The position numbers and the translations under genes are program-made. Below are positions 1-8,237 of a stretch of 28,843 nt of DNA, piece by piece (within the stretch, counting starts at the first letter, position 1; each line of letters starts with the position of its first letter). Source of the DNA: Candidatus Woesearchaeota archaeon (GTDB lineage Archaea > Nanobdellota > Nanobdellia > Woesearchaeales > SKGA01); contig JAFGOT010000003.1 of the NCBI GenBank assembly GCA_016926395.1, forward strand, positions 1 to 28,843, read 5' to 3'. A model generated the notes under the pieces. It ran no database searches. It had not been told where the DNA came from and saw only the letters and a list, made by a program, of their open reading frames with translations.

Positions 1-121
1 AAGTTTCTATTTATTGAATTTTTGCAGAAGAGCCTTTTTACTTATTGAACGGTCTCCAAATGAAATTAAGGGGTAAGAGGGTTATTTTGTATTTGTATTC
101 ACTGCTCAATGGTTAAATTTT

Positions 122-136
122 CGAAATGTTTATAAG
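122..136 (+). promoter_or_regulatory. BRE + TATA box candidate for the TrmB-family gene
   Basis: CGAAATG followed by TTTATAAG (129-136). A GAGGT Shine-Dalgarno-like motif lies at 220-224 before ATG 234. Confidence 0.5.
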
Positions 137-181
137 TCTTGTAATTATTTCTATATGTATTAAGTTTACAAAAGAGGTTTT

Positions 182-205
182 ATTGATTAAATATTGTTAA
201 TCAAT
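182..205. repeat. Perfect 9-bp inverted repeat (candidate operator)
   Basis: ATTGATTAA (182-190), 6-nt spacer ATATTG, TTAATCAAT (197-205), between the TATA box and the start of the regulator gene. Confidence 0.6.
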
Positions 206-233
206 TAATATCATAAACCGAGGTAGTACAACA

Positions 234-1052
234 ATGATTATGCAAAAAGAATTCATCGAGAAACTCAAAATTTTTGGTCTTAACAGTTATGAAGCAAAAA
301 TTTGGGTTGCCTTGTTATCTCGAGGCGTCTCCAGTGCAGGGGAATTATCAGATATTTCTAATGTTCCACGATCACGGAGCTATGATGTTTTAGAATCTTT
401 AGAAAAAAAAGGTTTTATTGTAATGAAAATTGGAAAACCAATAAAATACATTGCAGTACCTCCAAATGAAGTTCTAGAACGTGTTAAAGGAAAAATAAAA
501 GAAGATGCTGATGCACAAGCAAGAAATTTAGAAAATCTAAGAGAAAGTGATGTTTTAGGAGAATTATCTTCTCTTCATAATAAAGGCGTAGAACTTGTTG
601 AACCAACAGAACTAACTGCTAGTTTTAGGGGACGAAACAAAGTGTATGAACAAATTCTTTTAATGTTAAAAGAAGCAGAAGAAGAATTTATTTTAGTATC
701 AACTGAAGAAGGTTTAGTTCGAAAATTAGATTTCTTATCACGAGCATTCAAAAAAGCACACGAAAGAGGAGTTAAAATAAAAATTGCGGCTCCAATAACT
801 AAGAAAGAAACAAAAGAAGCAATAAAATTAATTGAAGATTTTGCAGAAGTTCGAAAAGTTAAAGATTTAAGAGCTCGATTTGCAATTGCTGATGGAGAAG
901 AAATTGCATTCTTATTATTTGATGATGATGCAGTACATCCAACATATGATGTTGGCGTGTGGGTTAATACTCCTTTTTTTGCAAGCGCAGTACAACAATT
1001 ATTTGATCTTGCATGGAATGAATTAGAAATTGTTGTTAAAGTTCAAAATTAA
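234..1052 (+). CDS. TrmB-family transcriptional regulator (N-terminal winged HTH + C-terminal effector-binding domain)
   Basis: GLNSYEAKIWVALL...SAGELSDISNVPRSRSYDVLESLEKKGFI...KPIKYIAVPP is the typical TrmB wHTH signature. 272 aa, RBS GAGGT upstream. Confidence 0.9.
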   Translation: MIMQKEFIEKLKIFGLNSYEAKIWVALLSRGVSSAGELSDISNVPRSRSYDVLESLEKKGFIVMKIGKPIKYIAVPPNEVLERVKGKIKEDADAQARNLENLRESDVLGELSSLHNKGVELVEPTELTASFRGRNKVYEQILLMLKEAEEEFILVSTEEGLVRKLDFLSRAFKKAHERGVKIKIAAPITKKETKEAIKLIEDFAEVRKVKDLRARFAIADGEEIAFLLFDDDAVHPTYDVGVWVNTPFFASAVQQLFDLAWNELEIVVKVQN

Positions 1053-1074
1053 TTTTTTCTTTTTTACTTTTTTT
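1053..1074 (+). terminator. Oligo-T archaeal terminator candidate
   Basis: TTTTTTCTTTTTTACTTTTTTT immediately after the stop codon at 1052. Confidence 0.55.
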
Positions 1075-1097
1075 ATTAATATATACTCCTGTTATCT

Positions 1098-1105
1098 TTT
1101 TAAAT
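1098..1105 (+). promoter_or_regulatory. TATA box of a probably leaderless traB-like transcript
   Basis: TTTTAAAT 22 nt upstream of ATG 1128, with no SD motif. Confidence 0.4.
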
Positions 1106-1127
1106 TAGAACTTCTTTCTATATATTT

Positions 1128-1865
1128 ATGACCTCTTGGCTTAAAATAGTTGGAACAAATCACATATCTAAAGATTCTATTGATGAAATAAAATCTGTTT
1201 TTCTAGATTATAAACCTGATGTTATTGCTGTTGAATTAGATAAAGGTCGTCTTGATGGTTTATTATATGAAGAAAATAATCCTAATAAAAAACAAAGCAT
1301 GAATTTTTCATCCATAAGAAAAGTGGGTGTGAAAGGGTTTTTATTTTTATTTTTTGGAAAATTGATGCAGCAAAAAATGGGAAAGCTTGTTGGAATGAAA
1401 CCAGGAAGTGAAATGTTATTTGCAGTTAAGTTAGCTAAAAATAATAATTTAAATTTGGCGCTTATTGATAGACCAATAACAATAACAATCAAACGACTTT
1501 TTAAAAATTTAACATTCAAAGAAAAAATGCGTTTTTTAGGTGATCTGGTTTTTGCACCTTTTAAACAAAAACAAGCCAAAGAGCTTCAAGAAAAAACAGG
1601 CCTTGACAAAAGATCGATGAGTTCTTTATTCTCTAAAGTTCCTGACTCTGAATTAATTGATAAGTTGATGTTTGCATTAAAAGGACGTTATCCAACTTTT
1701 TATACTGTGTTGGTTGATGAGCGGAATCATTATATGGCAAGAAAATTAGTTATTCTTCACAAAAAAAATCCAAATCAGAAATTTTTAGTTGTTGTTGGAG
1801 CAGGTCATGCTAAAGAAATGATTGAACTTGTAAAACACTATTCTTTTGCTATTGAATTGGTTTAA
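1128..1865 (+). CDS. TraB/PrgY/GumN (TIKI-like) family protein, soluble form
   Basis: Family motifs VGTNHIS, PDVIAVELDKGR, GSEM, LIDRPI, LVDERNHYMA, VVVGAGH. No C-terminal TM block. Confidence 0.85.
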   Translation: MTSWLKIVGTNHISKDSIDEIKSVFLDYKPDVIAVELDKGRLDGLLYEENNPNKKQSMNFSSIRKVGVKGFLFLFFGKLMQQKMGKLVGMKPGSEMLFAVKLAKNNNLNLALIDRPITITIKRLFKNLTFKEKMRFLGDLVFAPFKQKQAKELQEKTGLDKRSMSSLFSKVPDSELIDKLMFALKGRYPTFYTVLVDERNHYMARKLVILHKKNPNQKFLVVVGAGHAKEMIELVKHYSFAIELV

Positions 1866-1958
1866 TTCTTTATAAATAATTTCTATAAGAAATGCAGGGG
1901 TGAGGGTTGCCAAATTGAAGCTCTGAAAACCGCTTTTAACGATGTTTTATTTTTTAGA

Positions 1959-2074
1959 TTTATATATGGAGATGAAATCAAGGTATGTGTTGTTTTTAAA
2001 TGTTTTCTTTTTAAATGTTTATAAATGGAAAAACGAACATTTATAAATAAGCTTTGATTTAGATGGTTTATAAA
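1959..2074 (+). promoter_or_regulatory. Cluster of TATA-like boxes upstream of tbp
   Basis: TTTATATA 1959-1966; TTTTAAAT 1994-2001 and 2009-2016, lying within the 13-bp direct repeat TTTTTAAATGTTT at 1993 and 2008; TTTATAAA at 2018-2025, 2040-2047 and 2067-2074. Confidence 0.5.
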
Positions 2075-2131
2075 GAGGCTTGGGTTTGAACGACTCGAAT
2101 CTTAGAGTCACATTATTTGGGGGGAAAATAA

Positions 2132-2695
2132 ATGGCTGAAAGTCTAGAAGAATTAAAAAAAGGACTCGATGTAAAAATCGTAAATATTGTTGTTTCAACA
2201 AGTCTTGAACACGATATTCCGCTTGAGAAAATGGCGGCAACACTTTCTAACACAGAATATAATCCAGAACAGTTTCCTGGTCTAGTTATAAGAATTAAAG
2301 AACCAAAAACATCTGCTTTAATTTTTAGCTCTGGTAAGGTTGTTTGTACAGGAGGAAAAAGCATACTTGAAGTAGAACAATCTCTTGAAAAAATCAAAGA
2401 AACTTTAACCAAAATCAACATAAAAATTGATATTAAGCCAGAAATTAACATTCAAAACATGGTAGCGAGTGGAAGTATTGGAATGGACCTAAACTTAAAC
2501 ACTTTAGCTATGAAGTTGGATAACACAGAGTATGAGCCTGAACAGTTTCCTGGTCTAGTTTACAAATTAGATGCAGCGAAAGCAACATTCTTGTTATTTA
2601 GTAACGGAAAAATTGTTTGTACAGGAACAAAATCTGAAGCAGAAGTTTACAAAGCAGTTCACATGCTTATAGATGTCCTTAAAAATTTAAAATAA
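2132..2695 (+). CDS. tbp: TATA-box-binding protein
   Basis: Two direct repeats: NIVVS...YNPEQFPGLVIRI...LIFSSGKVVCTG and NMVAS...YEPEQFPGLVYKL...LLFSNGKIVCTG. 187 aa. Confidence 0.98.
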   Translation: MAESLEELKKGLDVKIVNIVVSTSLEHDIPLEKMAATLSNTEYNPEQFPGLVIRIKEPKTSALIFSSGKVVCTGGKSILEVEQSLEKIKETLTKINIKIDIKPEINIQNMVASGSIGMDLNLNTLAMKLDNTEYEPEQFPGLVYKLDAAKATFLLFSNGKIVCTGTKSEAEVYKAVHMLIDVLKNLK

Positions 2696-2820
2696 TTTTT
2701 CAGGGCTTGAAATAAGAAATTATTTCACTGTCTTAAAAATCTTAAATAAGATACACAAGACAACCAAAGCGAACGCTTAAAAATCTATATTGCTTAGTCC
2801 TTAAAACCTTATTAAGGACA
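2674..2820. repeat. Short dispersed repeat array, consensus ~TGTCCTTAAAAAT, with an inverted copy
   Basis: CTTAAAAATTT at 2678, CTTAAAAATCT at 2732 and 2776, CTTAAAACCTT at 2800. GTCCTTAAAA at 2675 and 2797. Inverted repeat GTCCTTAA (2797-2804) / TTAAGGAC (2812-2819). Confidence 0.45.
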
Positions 2821-2874
2821 TTTACTTTCCTTTTCATAAAGGGGAGAGATTGAACATCTCTAGAGGTTAGACTA

Positions 2875-4950
2875 ATGGATATACTGCCACCATCATATCA
2901 ACAAAAGCCGATTGACATTAATGAGCAGATTAACCTCTTTCAACAATTTATAGAAATTAATTATTATGACAAACTAGTTGAATCAATTCAAAAAGGACAC
3001 ACACACCTGGTGATTGATTTTGGAATTCTTTCAATGTTTAACATTGATTTGGCACAACAATTTCTTGATAAGCCTGAAGAAATGTTTGAGATAGGACAAA
3101 TAGCTATAGAACGTTTTGGTTTAAAGAAGAATCAAAAACAATTTTTTGTAAGAGTAAAGAACTTACCTTCTTCTCAAGAAATATTAATTAGGAACATTCG
3201 AAGCGAACATATTGGAAGATTGATTCAAATAATTGGGGTGGTAAGACAAAAAGGAGATGTAAGGCCACATGTTACAAATGCTAAGTTTGAATGTCCTGGT
3301 TGTGGAAATATTGCAAATATACTTCAAAATGACCAAAAATTCAAAGAACCACCAAGTTGTGCTTGTGGTAGAAAAGGCGGTTTTAAATTATTAGAAAAAG
3401 ATTTAGTTGATGTTCAAAAGATAGTCCTCGAAGAAGCAACAGACGAGCTTGATGGAGGAGAACAACCTAAAAGATTCAATTTACTTCTAAGACATGATTT
3501 AGTAACACCAATAAGTGAAAAGAAAACAAATCCAGGAAATAAAATAATTGTAACAGGGATTGTTAATGACGTTCAAATAAATCTTCATAGTGGCGGGAAA
3601 AGTGTAGAATTTGATTTAATGCTTGAAAGTAATTATGTAGAACCACTACAAGAAGAGTTTAGTGCAGTAAAAGTTTCAAAAGAACAAGAAGAAGAATTTT
3701 TAGAATTTGCAAAAAATTCAACAAATCCTCTTAGAAGAATAGCAAATAGTTTCGCACCAACAATTTATGGTTATGAAAAATTAAAAGAAGGTCTGGTTCT
3801 TCAAATGATGGGCGGGGTTATGAAACCACGTAGTGATGGGGTTAAAACAAGAGGAGACATACACGTTTTACTTATTGGGGATCCCGGTGCAGCAAAATCT
3901 CAATTACTAAAAAGAGTTTCAAAAATTGCACCAAAAGCACGTTTTGTTTCAGGTAAAGGAGCAAGCGGAGCAGGTTTAACGGCAAGTGTGGTGAGAGATG
4001 ACTTTCTAAAAGGTTGGGCTTTAGAAGCCGGAACATTAGTATTGGCAAACCAAGGAATTGCATGTATTGATGAGCTTGATAAAATGACTGACGAAGATCG
4101 AAGCGCAATGCATGAAGCTTTAGAGCAGCAAACAATTACAATTAGCAAAGCTAACATTCAAGCGACGTTACGTTCAGAGACAACAGTTCTTGCCGCAGCA
4201 AACCCAAAGTTTGGAAGATTTGATCCATATGAATCATTAGGAAAGCAAATTGATTTACCGCCTGCATTGATTAGTCGTTTTGATTTAATATTTCCTGTAA
4301 GGGACATTCCAAATAAAGATAAAGATGATAAAATTGCGGAGTTTATTTTAAGATTACACCAAGACGTAAAAAGAGCAGATGACGTTGAATTATCAACCGA
4401 CTTTATTAAAACATATATTGCATACGCAAAAAGAAACATAAATCCAAAATTAACAGATGATGCATTGGATGAACTAAAAAAATATTATGTTAACATCAGA
4501 AACTCGGCCGGGGATGGAAGCGAAGGAATAAAAGCAGTTCCAATAACAGCAAGGCAACTTGAAGCCTTGGTGCGTCTTTCGGAAGCTAGTGCGAGAGTAA
4601 GATTATCAAAAACAGTAGAAATAGAAGATGCGAAAAAAGCAGTAGAACTATTACATTATGCATTAGCACAAATTGGTTCTGATCCAGAGACAGGAAAGTT
4701 TGATATCGACAGAATAACAACAGGAATAACTGCTTCACAAAGAAACCACATATCTGTTGTAAGAGACATTATTAACCAGCTAGCAAAAGAAAAAGGAGAA
4801 GAAATTCCTGAAGACGAATTAATAATTGAATGTGAAGCAAAAGGAATAGAAGAATCTAAAGTAGAAGAAGTTCTTGAAAAATTAAAACGAACAGGCGATA
4901 TTTATCAACCAAAAAGAGGATTTTGGGGAAAAGTAGAGAGGAGAGGCTAG
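2875..4950 (+). CDS. mcm: Minichromosome maintenance replicative helicase
   Basis: C4 Zn finger (CPGC...CAC), Walker A GDPGAAKSQLL, Walker B CIDELDKM, AAANP, arginine finger SRFDL, TARQLEALVRLSEA, C-terminal winged helix. GAGGT RBS at 2863-2867. No intein-sized insertion. Confidence 0.98.
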   Translation: MDILPPSYQQKPIDINEQINLFQQFIEINYYDKLVESIQKGHTHLVIDFGILSMFNIDLAQQFLDKPEEMFEIGQIAIERFGLKKNQKQFFVRVKNLPSSQEILIRNIRSEHIGRLIQIIGVVRQKGDVRPHVTNAKFECPGCGNIANILQNDQKFKEPPSCACGRKGGFKLLEKDLVDVQKIVLEEATDELDGGEQPKRFNLLLRHDLVTPISEKKTNPGNKIIVTGIVNDVQINLHSGGKSVEFDLMLESNYVEPLQEEFSAVKVSKEQEEEFLEFAKNSTNPLRRIANSFAPTIYGYEKLKEGLVLQMMGGVMKPRSDGVKTRGDIHVLLIGDPGAAKSQLLKRVSKIAPKARFVSGKGASGAGLTASVVRDDFLKGWALEAGTLVLANQGIACIDELDKMTDEDRSAMHEALEQQTITISKANIQATLRSETTVLAAANPKFGRFDPYESLGKQIDLPPALISRFDLIFPVRDIPNKDKDDKIAEFILRLHQDVKRADDVELSTDFIKTYIAYAKRNINPKLTDDALDELKKYYVNIRNSAGDGSEGIKAVPITARQLEALVRLSEASARVRLSKTVEIEDAKKAVELLHYALAQIGSDPETGKFDIDRITTGITASQRNHISVVRDIINQLAKEKGEEIPEDELIIECEAKGIEESKVEEVLEKLKRTGDIYQPKRGFWGKVERRG

Positions 4951-5616
4951 ATGGAAACAACATTTCAACGACAAACCGCTAAAATAGCATCGGTTGAAGA
5001 ATTACTCGCGGGCGACTATATTGTACAAGAAGGTTGGAAACCAAATTATATTCAAACCGAATCACGAAGACTAACGAGAGTAAATATTGTTGGAATAATA
5101 ATTGAAAAACCAAGTCCTTATGAAATAATTCTAGATGATGGAACAGGCACTATGCTGATAAGTGATTTCAATCATTCTAAATCAACTTCTAATTCAAAAG
5201 TTGGACAAGGAGTTCTAATTATAGGACGACCAAGAAAAGCAAATGATGAAGTCTTTATTGCAGCTGAAGCAGTACAAACAAAACAAATAAAAGAAAATCC
5301 ACTGTGGCTTGTGAAACGAAAGGAAGAACTAGAAGAAATAAAAAACACAAAGGAACTTGATGATGAATACAAATCTGTAAGTGTTGAAGAGTTTCAAGAA
5401 GACGAAGAACTAGAAGATACCGAAGAAGAAATCATTCCTGAATTAACAGATGATGAGCTAATAAAATTCATAAAACAAAATGATGCAGGCGAAGGGTGCG
5501 CGATAGAAGAAATTATCGAGCATTTTGGTCAAGAAGCTGATAATACTATACTAACTTTAATTGCGATGGGTGAGGTTTACGAAATACGACCTGGAAAAAT
5601 TAAAGTGTTAGAATGA
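4951..5616 (+). CDS. RPA32/RPA2-like ssDNA-binding subunit (OB fold + acidic linker + C-terminal winged helix)
   Basis: RVNIVGII...LDDGTG and GVLIIGRPR OB-fold motifs. Glu-rich linker. LIKFIKQNDAGEGCAIEEIIEHF...LIAMGEVYE resembles the RPA2 C-terminal WH. Abuts the mcm stop codon. Confidence 0.75.
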   Translation: METTFQRQTAKIASVEELLAGDYIVQEGWKPNYIQTESRRLTRVNIVGIIIEKPSPYEIILDDGTGTMLISDFNHSKSTSNSKVGQGVLIIGRPRKANDEVFIAAEAVQTKQIKENPLWLVKRKEELEEIKNTKELDDEYKSVSVEEFQEDEELEDTEEEIIPELTDDELIKFIKQNDAGEGCAIEEIIEHFGQEADNTILTLIAMGEVYEIRPGKIKVLE

Positions 5617-6170
5617 AACCCCTAAAAATTAATGTAGATGTTGATTCTTCTTTAAGAGATACTCCTCAAGCCATTTGTGATGTTTACAAACAATATTTTG
5701 ATTCTAACTCATTATTAACGCCTGATGATATAACTTCTTATGATTTAAAGGAAACTTTTCCTTTAATACATTCTGTATCTAATTTTTTTAATACCTATGC
5801 TATAGATCTGTTTCTTAAAGCAAAACCTTATCCTGGAGCTTCAAAATTATTGCAACAGTTATATCAAAACCATTTTGTTTATTTGGTAACTGATCAGCCA
5901 GAAGGCAAAGAGAAATTAACTGAGCTATGGGCGAGAGCTAACGGTATTCCCTATTATGAAATACATTGTACACCTCATAAAGAATTGTTAGAAGCAGATG
6001 TTATAATAGATGATAAACCGTCCACGATAAATAACTATAAAAAAGTTTTTCCAAACGCAACGACAATACTGATAAAACAAAGATATAATTCTCTAGAAGG
6101 AGATTTTCAAATAAGTCCTGACTGTTTGGAAGACATATTGCCAATAATAACAAGCATATCTAGAAGATAA
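5613..6170 (+). CDS. HAD-superfamily 5'(3')-deoxyribonucleotidase (NT5C-like)
   Basis: Motif I DVDSSLRD, KPYPGA, motif II LVT, motif IV IIDDKP. ATGA start/stop overlap with the upstream gene (5613-5616). Confidence 0.75.
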   Translation: MKPLKINVDVDSSLRDTPQAICDVYKQYFDSNSLLTPDDITSYDLKETFPLIHSVSNFFNTYAIDLFLKAKPYPGASKLLQQLYQNHFVYLVTDQPEGKEKLTELWARANGIPYYEIHCTPHKELLEADVIIDDKPSTINNYKKVFPNATTILIKQRYNSLEGDFQISPDCLEDILPIITSISRR

Positions 6171-7152
6171 GAGGTGTTATCCACACTTCTAATATTGCCG
6201 CAACAAAAATTAGCGCAAGACTTAACAAAAGAAGATCAGCAGCATCAAGAACGATATGTTCAAATTTTCTACCCTCAAAATCGTGTTTAATTACAGCAAC
6301 AGATATAATTCCACCCGCAAGAGCAGCTACAAAATAAGCAAGAATTTCAGGGATTCCGTGAATCACATATCTAAAAATTCCAAAAGTAATTGTTCCAAAA
6401 TATTCTGAAGCTTTATCCATTCCAACAAGATGTGCTACGCTTGAAAGTCCCGAACGAATATAATTTCCCATCGCCACACCAATAACAGAAGCATTCCAGG
6501 TAAGAATAAAAATTGCGCCTGCACCATAAATGAATGAGAATAACACACAGAAAATTAAAACTTTAACATTGTTAAAAAATATTGTAGAAAAAGCATTAAG
6601 CGATCCACTGGCATGACCTGTCGATTGACTTCCACCAGAAATTCCATTGAATGTTTGAATTTGTGTTTCAAAAATACTTTGAACTTTATTTTCCATACCT
6701 GAACTGTGGGTGACTAAAGCAACTAAAACACCCAAAACTGTAAAAACAATTATTTTTGTTGTCAAGTTTTTTGGATTTTGTAAATATAAAAGATACCCTA
6801 CAGCTAAGGATGTTAGAAAAACAGCAATTGGCGGATAGATATACCAAGCAGTTACTGCTAAAGTAATTCCAATAAATAATGACATAAATGCTTTAAGAGC
6901 TTTCCAATGTTCTTTTAGAAGAGTAACTTCTTCAAAATCACCAACATCTTTTTTTTCTTCAAGTTTAATCACGTGATACATTATAGGAATAGAACCCATA
7001 ACAATTAAGAACAAAAACACCATGCTTGCTTCATCAGCAAAGATCCATAGCGAGAAAAAAATAGCAAGAATGCTTAACGCAAAACCAAAAAGAACTAACA
7101 TCCAAGGATGTCTTTCGGCTTCTATACCTGATATAATGGATTCAACAACCAT
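6160..7152 (-). CDS. SpoIIM-like (stage II sporulation protein M family) multi-pass membrane protein
   Basis: Multiple TM helices; IFFNNVKV...ILTWNASVIG; IHGIPEILAYFVAALAGG; AAILEVWITP. GGTGAG RBS on the minus strand at 7156-7161. Confidence 0.8.
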   Translation of the reverse strand: MVVESIISGIEAERHPWMLVLFGFALSILAIFFSLWIFADEASMVFLFLIVMGSIPIMYHVIKLEEKKDVGDFEEVTLLKEHWKALKAFMSLFIGITLAVTAWYIYPPIAVFLTSLAVGYLLYLQNPKNLTTKIIVFTVLGVLVALVTHSSGMENKVQSIFETQIQTFNGISGGSQSTGHASGSLNAFSTIFFNNVKVLIFCVLFSFIYGAGAIFILTWNASVIGVAMGNYIRSGLSSVAHLVGMDKASEYFGTITFGIFRYVIHGIPEILAYFVAALAGGIISVAVIKHDFEGRKFEHIVLDAADLLLLSLALIFVAAILEVWITPLIF

Positions 7153-7228
7153 ACACTCACCAATAACAGCTACCAGAGATTTGGAAGCGGAATATCAGTG
7201 TTGTAAAGATTATTCTTTAATAAGGTTT

Positions 7229-7906
7229 CTATTTAGAAATGTTGATACTCTCAAATTCCCACGTGTCAAGATTGACTCGAAAAAGTCCTTTTGAGATGTT
7301 TTTCTTAAGTAAAATTTTGATAACTAGACTTGCTTGAAGCGAGCTAATAACATTTGTTGTTGTAGCAATAACACCTTCGCAAAATTCGTCAACATTTTTT
7401 CCTTTATAGATATCTTCATATGATTTTAGAGAATAATCAGGACCAAAAACACAAACAACACCTTGTTCTCTGATTGCTGCGCCATGAACCCAAGGAATGT
7501 TTTTTTCTAAACAAAAAGAGTCAATAATTCGTCTTGATTCATGTCTGTCTGTGCAATCAACAATACATGAAATGTTTTTTATTGAATCTAAAACGTCCTT
7601 ATCTGCAAATTTTTCAATGATTTCAACAGAGATATTTGGGTTTATCTCTAAAAGATGAGCTTTACATGCACTTACTTTAGATTTGTTAACATCATTTATT
7701 GTATATAGTTGTTGTCTTGATAAATTATGTTCTTGAACAACATCATTATCAACTAGAACAATCTCACCAACTCCCATTCGTCCTAAAATTTGAGCAACAC
7801 CACTACCAAGGCCTCCAAGCCCAACAATAATCACTTTAGATTCTTTTAATTTTTTTGTGCCTTTTTCACCTATTTGGGCATTTTGTCTTAAGTAATATGT
7901 GCTCAT
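7229..7906 (-). CDS. ThiF/MoeB/UbaA-family E1-like adenylyltransferase
   Basis: IVGLGGLG nucleotide-binding loop, DNDVVQEHNLSRQ, IVDCTD, IPWVHGAA, candidate catalytic Cys in FCEGV. ATG at 7906 is preferred to the track's TTG at 7915. Confidence 0.88.
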   Translation of the reverse strand: MSTYYLRQNAQIGEKGTKKLKESKVIIVGLGGLGSGVAQILGRMGVGEIVLVDNDVVQEHNLSRQQLYTINDVNKSKVSACKAHLLEINPNISVEIIEKFADKDVLDSIKNISCIVDCTDRHESRRIIDSFCLEKNIPWVHGAAIREQGVVCVFGPDYSLKSYEDIYKGKNVDEFCEGVIATTTNVISSLQASLVIKILLKKNISKGLFRVNLDTWEFESINISK

Positions 7907-7927
7907 AAATGACAAAAAGACCGTTTG

Positions 7928-7936
7928 ATTTAAAAA
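7928..7936. promoter_or_regulatory. Single TATA element centred between two divergent start codons
   Basis: TTTAAAAA on + (7929-7936), 25 nt before ATG 7962. TTTTAAAT on - (7935-7928), 21 nt before ATG 7906. Confidence 0.5.
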
Positions 7937-7961
7937 GATAATGTGAGTTTAGGCATTTAAG

Positions 7962-8156
7962 ATGAAAATCTATATCGAACGTAATAAAGAAAATAAGGAA
8001 TTTGACTTTAAAGGCTCTGTTCAGGATCTTTTAGACACTCTTAATATTCTTAGTGAAACTGTTTTGGTCGTTAAGAACGGAACAATAATTACTGAAGATG
8101 AAGAATTAATCAATGATGATGAAATAAAAATACTTTCAGTAGTGAGTGGTGGTTAA
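7962..8156 (+). CDS. Ubiquitin-like sulfur carrier (ThiS/MoaD/SAMP family)
   Basis: 64 aa beta-grasp pattern (VQDLLDTL...VLVVKNG...DEIKILSVVSGG) ending in di-glycine. Confidence 0.9.
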   Translation: MKIYIERNKENKEFDFKGSVQDLLDTLNILSETVLVVKNGTIITEDEELINDDEIKILSVVSGG

Positions 8157-8237
8157 GATGCAGGCTGTTTTTTTAGCATGCTGATGGTTTGTGAACAAGA
8201 AAAATATTTAGTATAAAAAAGGTTGTTGATTTGAAAG

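Noticed and set aside
1-120. Possible gene fragment at the left edge
   Set aside because: The minus-strand frame I translated is closed by stops and I recognised no coding motif, so nothing supportable was called.
2081-2110. tRNA-like words (GTTCAAACCC on the minus strand; GACTC/GAGTC stem)
   Set aside because: No cloverleaf, acceptor stem or D-arm could be built. It is only a 5-bp hairpin in the tbp leader.
2674-2874. Canonical Orc1/Cdc6 origin (ORB boxes)
   Set aside because: No ORB-like GTTCCAGTGGAAAC/G-string motif and no cdc6 gene in the window. Only the weaker repeat observation is kept.
2875-4950. Possible intein or inactivation in MCM
   Set aside because: The length (691 aa) is normal, Walker A/B and the arginine finger are contiguous and intact, and no intein motifs are present.
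4948-4950. Genome-wide TAG reassignment (pyrrolysine or alternative code)
   Set aside because: TAG also ends the SpoIIM-like and E1 genes at sensible positions, and long ORFs are not interrupted by TAG.
7229-8156. Thiamine or molybdopterin biosynthesis role for the ThiF/ThiS-like pair
   Set aside because: No thiG/thiI/moaE-type neighbours are present, and the adjacent TtuA/Ncs6 gene explains the pair better. Not fully excluded without the whole genome.
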